A stretch of 21,194 nt of DNA, taken from a virus (Duplodnaviria > Heunggongvirae > Uroviricota > Caudoviricetes). The stretch is from the IMG/VR virus record IMGVR_UViG_2537561991_000022, one strand, 5' to 3'. The notes under the pieces are model-generated. The model saw only the letters and a list, made by a program, of their open reading frames with translations, was not told the origin of the DNA and did no database searches. A program made the translations under genes and the position numbers. Shown here in pieces: positions 18,044-21,194 of the stretch. Position 1 is the stretch's first letter; every line of letters starts with the position of its first letter.

Positions 18044-19102
18044 TTAATCTTTTATAGTGCGAAATAAATGGAGCTGGCATTCATTTCGCACTTTATGTTT
18101 TTGTTTGGACTTATTGTTATTTTGTATTGAATTCAATTCAGTTAAAAAAAGAAAGGTGATTGCTCCATTTATAAATGAATAGTCATCCCCTGTCTTGAAT
18201 TCTGATGTTACTTTATTAAATGCTAGTGTGAAGGCTACAGGTGCATACCCAATTGTTGCGCCAACTTGATATTCATCAACAGTTTTGTTTAGCGATACTG
18301 TTGTTTGTTTCGTCTGTATTGTTTTTCCTTCGAGAGTATAGTTGCGATTGACATCTCGTCTTTCCATACCTGCAAAAATCTTGTATTTGAATCCGCTTGT
18401 ATCGGACATATGCATTAAACCACGGGGAGCCAGCAGACCAAAGCCATTATCCGAATTGAAGGTTTTATCATTACCAATGGCAATGGTTGCGCCATATGCT
18501 ACATATTGAAATAAGTTTCCAGTAACAGCAGAAACTTCAGGGTATAATCCAACATTAGCACCTAAAATATCCATACTTGGTGTCATGGATAGCATCCCTT
18601 TTACAGTATAACCGTAGCGATTCTCTATTTGATCATCCCATGCATGATATTTTTCTGCCCCAATAATCTCATGAGCTTTATTTTGTACTTTCTGACCGCC
18701 TGCGTCGGGGCCAACAACACCTATGTCAGTACCTAATCGATAGCGAATCCAGTCATTCGCAAGGGAGCTCCATTCAATACCAGTGTGAGTGTATGCACTA
18801 AAAGCTCTGTCCCCAGTTACAGCTGTGTTGTGTCTTTTATTACTGCCTGATGGAGAGTAAATATCTTGCGCAATATGGAGAGATAATTGGCTCGAGTCTG
18901 AGATATCGTGGCTATATCCCAGAAATAAGCCTTGTGAGTAATCATCTCTGTTTTCATGTTTATTGCCATAAATATCATTAAGTATTGGTTGAAACTTCCC
19001 TGCATCATCATTTGCTAATGATAATGCAAGGCTGTTCGCGATAGCTGAACACGTGGTAAATGACAGAGCAATAAAGACGCCAGCGATGACACTTTTTTTC
19101 AT
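18044..19102 (-). CDS. lpxR: LpxR-like outer-membrane lipid A 3'-O-deacylase (beta-barrel) with a 33-aa C-terminal extension
   Basis: Signal peptide MKKSVIAGVFIALSFTTCSAIA; mature-numbered N9, D10, S34 and H122 coincide with the catalytic residues I remember for Salmonella LpxR; the homologous part ends ...GAITFLF at residue 319; good SD (AAGGAAG). Confidence 0.7.
   Translation of the reverse strand: MKKSVIAGVFIALSFTTCSAIANSLALSLANDDAGKFQPILNDIYGNKHENRDDYSQGLFLGYSHDISDSSQLSLHIAQDIYSPSGSNKRHNTAVTGDRAFSAYTHTGIEWSSLANDWIRYRLGTDIGVVGPDAGGQKVQNKAHEIIGAEKYHAWDDQIENRYGYTVKGMLSMTPSMDILGANVGLYPEVSAVTGNLFQYVAYGATIAIGNDKTFNSDNGFGLLAPRGLMHMSDTSGFKYKIFAGMERRDVNRNYTLEGKTIQTKQTTVSLNKTVDEYQVGATIGYAPVAFTLAFNKVTSEFKTGDDYSFINGAITFLFLTELNSIQNNNKSKQKHKVRNECQLHLFRTIKD
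18057..18108 (+). terminator. Strong hairpin with downstream T-rich tract (plus-strand intrinsic terminator candidate)
   Basis: Perfect 9-bp stem gtgcgaaat/atttcgcac (18057-18065 / 18083-18091) with inner aatg/catt pairing, then tttatgtttttgtttgg. Lies inside the 3' extension of the LpxR-like ORF. Confidence 0.5.
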
Positions 19103-19577
19103 ATGTTATTGTCTTCCTTTTTTTTGAATGGTGCGCGTATTTTACATACATGAGTTTGTAATACAAGGTGCGTAATCAATATGATGTTTTATAATTGCGT
19201 GAGACAATTGATTTATTTGTTTTTTATTGCGGTTTTTATTATCTTTTAATGTAACGGTGTTTTTATTAAGTGTGTTTGCGTGGTGTTTTATGTTTTTTAT
19301 AATTTTTATTTTATTAAATTTAAATGCATTAGTAATGGCTATTCTATATAGCAATATAAGAACTGTTACAAAAAAAGGGGGGGCAATTACAGGTAGTTAT
19401 GGATGATGAGTGAAACAGATATTGGAGAACCGGGGAATGAATGATGTCTGAGTCTTATATATCAGAACTCCTTCGCTGTCGCTGGGGGCTCCTGTGCTTA
19501 TGTCGTTTCCCCGATTCGGTTTTGAACGATTACCGAATGTTGAAGAATTATGCCAAAATATAGAAAGGATTTACTGC

Positions 19578-20267
19578 ATGAATACCCAATATTTACAGTA
19601 TGTTCGTGAGCAACTTATGGCAGCTACTGCTGACTTGAACGGAGCAACGAAAGGCCAGCTCGAAGCCTGGCAGGAGCATGCACAATTTGATACTGGTACA
19701 TACAAACGAAAGAAGCCGCGCATTCTGGATGTGGTAACTGGCAAGATGATTACGCTGGATAATACGCCGACTTCCGGTAAGCAGTCGTACGCAAAAGGTT
19801 CATCCATTGCTTTGGTCAGCCCGGTTGAATTCTCAACCTCTTCATGGCGCCGCGCGGTTTTGTCTCTCGATGAACATCAGAAAGCATGGTTGCTTTGGTG
19901 TTACAGCGAAAGCGTTCGATGGGGGCATCAGGTCACCATAACGCAATGGGCATGGAGCGAGTTTAAAGATTTGTTAAGTAACAGAAAAATTGCAGGTAAG
20001 ACACTGGATCGCCTGAAGACGTTAATCTGGCTGGCTGCACAGGATGTGAAGAGCGAACTTGCAGGGCGTGAGGCCTATGAATACCAGACACTGGCATCAT
20101 TGGTGGGAGTGACAACAAAAAACTGGTCCGAGACATTTACTGAACGCTGGGTTGCAATGAAGCACATTTTTCTACAGCTTGATAGTGATGCTTTATTGCT
20201 TGTGACGAGAACACGTTCAAAACAAAAGGCAGCATTTTTACAGCAAAATATTGCAAAACTGGATTAA
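19578..20267 (+). CDS. Putative Q-family late-gene antiterminator (long phage-82/QuuQ-type), tentative; the ORF also opens upstream at 19494
   Basis: 229-aa frame from MNTQYLQYVREQL... with AAAGGA SD; sits after the nin region and is followed by a promoter-like element and short terminator as expected for Q-pR'-tR'. Family assignment is from gene context and weak recall only. Confidence 0.4.
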   Translation: MNTQYLQYVREQLMAATADLNGATKGQLEAWQEHAQFDTGTYKRKKPRILDVVTGKMITLDNTPTSGKQSYAKGSSIALVSPVEFSTSSWRRAVLSLDEHQKAWLLWCYSESVRWGHQVTITQWAWSEFKDLLSNRKIAGKTLDRLKTLIWLAAQDVKSELAGREAYEYQTLASLVGVTTKNWSETFTERWVAMKHIFLQLDSDALLLVTRTRSKQKAAFLQQNIAKLD

Positions 20268-20280
20268 AAGCCATATACTT
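20251..20280 (+). promoter_or_regulatory. Candidate sigma-70 promoter at the 3' end of the Q-like gene (pR'-like)
   Basis: -35 TTGCAA (20251-20256), 18-bp spacer, -10 TATACT (20275-20280); predicted start about 35 nt upstream of the terminator. Confidence 0.3.
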
Positions 20281-20312
20281 CATGCAAATTTGGTATGTTG
20301 TAAAAAATGTAT

Positions 20313-20340
20313 AAACCCGCTGCCGAGTGGGTTTTTTTTA
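20313..20340 (+). terminator. Intrinsic terminator (tR'-like) downstream of the Q-like gene
   Basis: Stem aaaccc/gggttt (20313-20318 / 20329-20334), 10-nt loop, followed by a T-run to 20339. Confidence 0.5.
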
Positions 20341-20436
20341 TGCCCTGAGTTGTACTTGTACGGTAAACATGCTGGCTGCTATGTAATAGAGTTTTTTTAG
20401 CCTGTAACCTCTTGACGGCATTGAATTGCTTTTGTT

Positions 20437-20955
20437 ATGAGTTGTAAGCCAATGTTATCATCTTGTATTGGGGTGGTTATGAAGGATGGTGCGCTGCTCA
20501 GGAGTTCTTCACTTTTTATTGCCTACATGGGATGCCTTGGATGGGGGAGTGCTTATTTCTATGGATGGGGTACTTCTTTTTACTACGGCTTCCCATGGTG
20601 GATTGTAGGTGCAGGTGTTGATGATGTTGCCAGAAGTTTATTTTTTGCAGTTATCGTCATTGCTATATTTCTTATCGGTTGGGGTATTGGTGTTGTATTC
20701 TTTTTCGCAGTGAAAAGAAAACATTCTATGCAAGAGCTAAATGTATTTCGCCTTTATTTTGCTGTGGAATTATTGTTTGTGCCGGCAATTATTGAGTTTT
20801 CTATATTGAGACAGAAGATTCAGGTACCTCTTTTGCTACTGTCAGCAGCGATTGCGCTGGCGGTTACAATTTCGATAAGATCTTATGGGCGATTTTTATC
20901 GGTATCATGCTTCTATGATAAGCCATTTATAAAAAACATTTTTTTGAGATTGTGA
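20437..20955 (+). CDS. Hypothetical polytopic membrane protein (Gly/aromatic-rich TM segments); likely start at 20479
   Basis: ORF with about four hydrophobic segments (e.g. WWIVGAGV, LFFAVIVIAIFLIGWGIGVVFFFAV, LLLLSAAIALAVTISI); AT-rich; stop TGA overlaps the next gene's ATG (TGATG). Confidence 0.5.
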   Translation: MSCKPMLSSCIGVVMKDGALLRSSSLFIAYMGCLGWGSAYFYGWGTSFYYGFPWWIVGAGVDDVARSLFFAVIVIAIFLIGWGIGVVFFFAVKRKHSMQELNVFRLYFAVELLFVPAIIEFSILRQKIQVPLLLLSAAIALAVTISIRSYGRFLSVSCFYDKPFIKNIFLRL

Positions 20956-21194
20956 TGATTGCTTTTGTGGCATATTTTTGGCTTTTTTCATTTCTGACAG
21001 GATATTACAAACCACAGTTTAAGAAAGAATATGAAATGATTAATTATAATGATGGTTGGTATTATGTTCTTGCTCGTTATGATAATTGTCTGGTTTTGTC
21101 TACTTCTTTCAATGCAGGTAGTAAAAGGTTTGTCATTTATCAATCAGCACAAGATAAGAATCTTCAGGTTGATATTGTAAGGACCAGAATTTAA
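20952..21194 (+). CDS. Hypothetical small membrane-anchored protein (one N-terminal TM plus ~55-aa soluble domain)
   Basis: 80-aa ORF MMIAFVAYFWLFSFLTGYY..., coupled to the upstream gene; stop codon is the last three bases of the window. Confidence 0.45.
   Translation: MMIAFVAYFWLFSFLTGYYKPQFKKEYEMINYNDGWYYVLARYDNCLVLSTSFNAGSKRFVIYQSAQDKNLQVDIVRTRI

Noticed and set aside
19229-19295. Short T-rich direct repeats considered as a possible CRISPR array
   Set aside because: Only three degenerate ~12-bp copies, no regular repeat-spacer structure and no cas genes nearby; better explained as phased A/T tracts.
19142-19354. 70-aa minus-strand ORF in the AT-rich intergenic region upstream of the LpxR-like gene
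   Set aside because: Very low-complexity Asn/Lys/Ile-rich translation in what is more likely a promoter/curved-DNA region; no start context.

Overview
This window is the left ~20 kb of a lambda-like prophage integrated at the E. coli attB-lambda site, read from the host gene ybhC into the phage. No tools were run: every protein identification is from reading the ORF translations against remembered phage lambda/434 and host sequences, so family names need HMM/BLAST confirmation and coordinates of small RNA/regulatory sites are approximate. Layout: ybhC (-) | attL core + P' arm | int, xis (-) | IS66-family insertion (tnpA/tnpB/tnpC, 8-bp target duplication) | AT-rich replacement of the ea8.5/ea22 region carrying a plus-strand membrane protein | TraR/DksA-like orf73, orf63, orf60a, exo, bet, gam, kil, cIII, ea10 (-) | AT-rich 293-aa gene of unknown function where lambda has ral/sieB | N, nutL, pL/OL | small secreted protein coupled to cI | phage-434-type cI, OR1-3, cro | nutR, tR1, cII, OOP | O (frameshifted at the origin iterons), P, ren, tR2, ninB, Dam-like methyltransferase, ninE, ninF, ninG, ninI | Q truncated after ~24 codons | foreign AT-rich module: LpxR-like lipid A deacylase (-), a possible Q-family antiterminator with promoter/terminator, and two overlapping membrane-protein genes. 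The prophage looks replication- and late-gene-defective (O and Q disrupted) but keeps int/xis/attL, the Red genes and several cargo cassettes. The best candidates for an undescribed system are the 293-aa gene between ea10 and N, the secreted protein coupled to cI, and the membrane-protein cassettes. No CRISPR array, rRNA or tRNA was seen.
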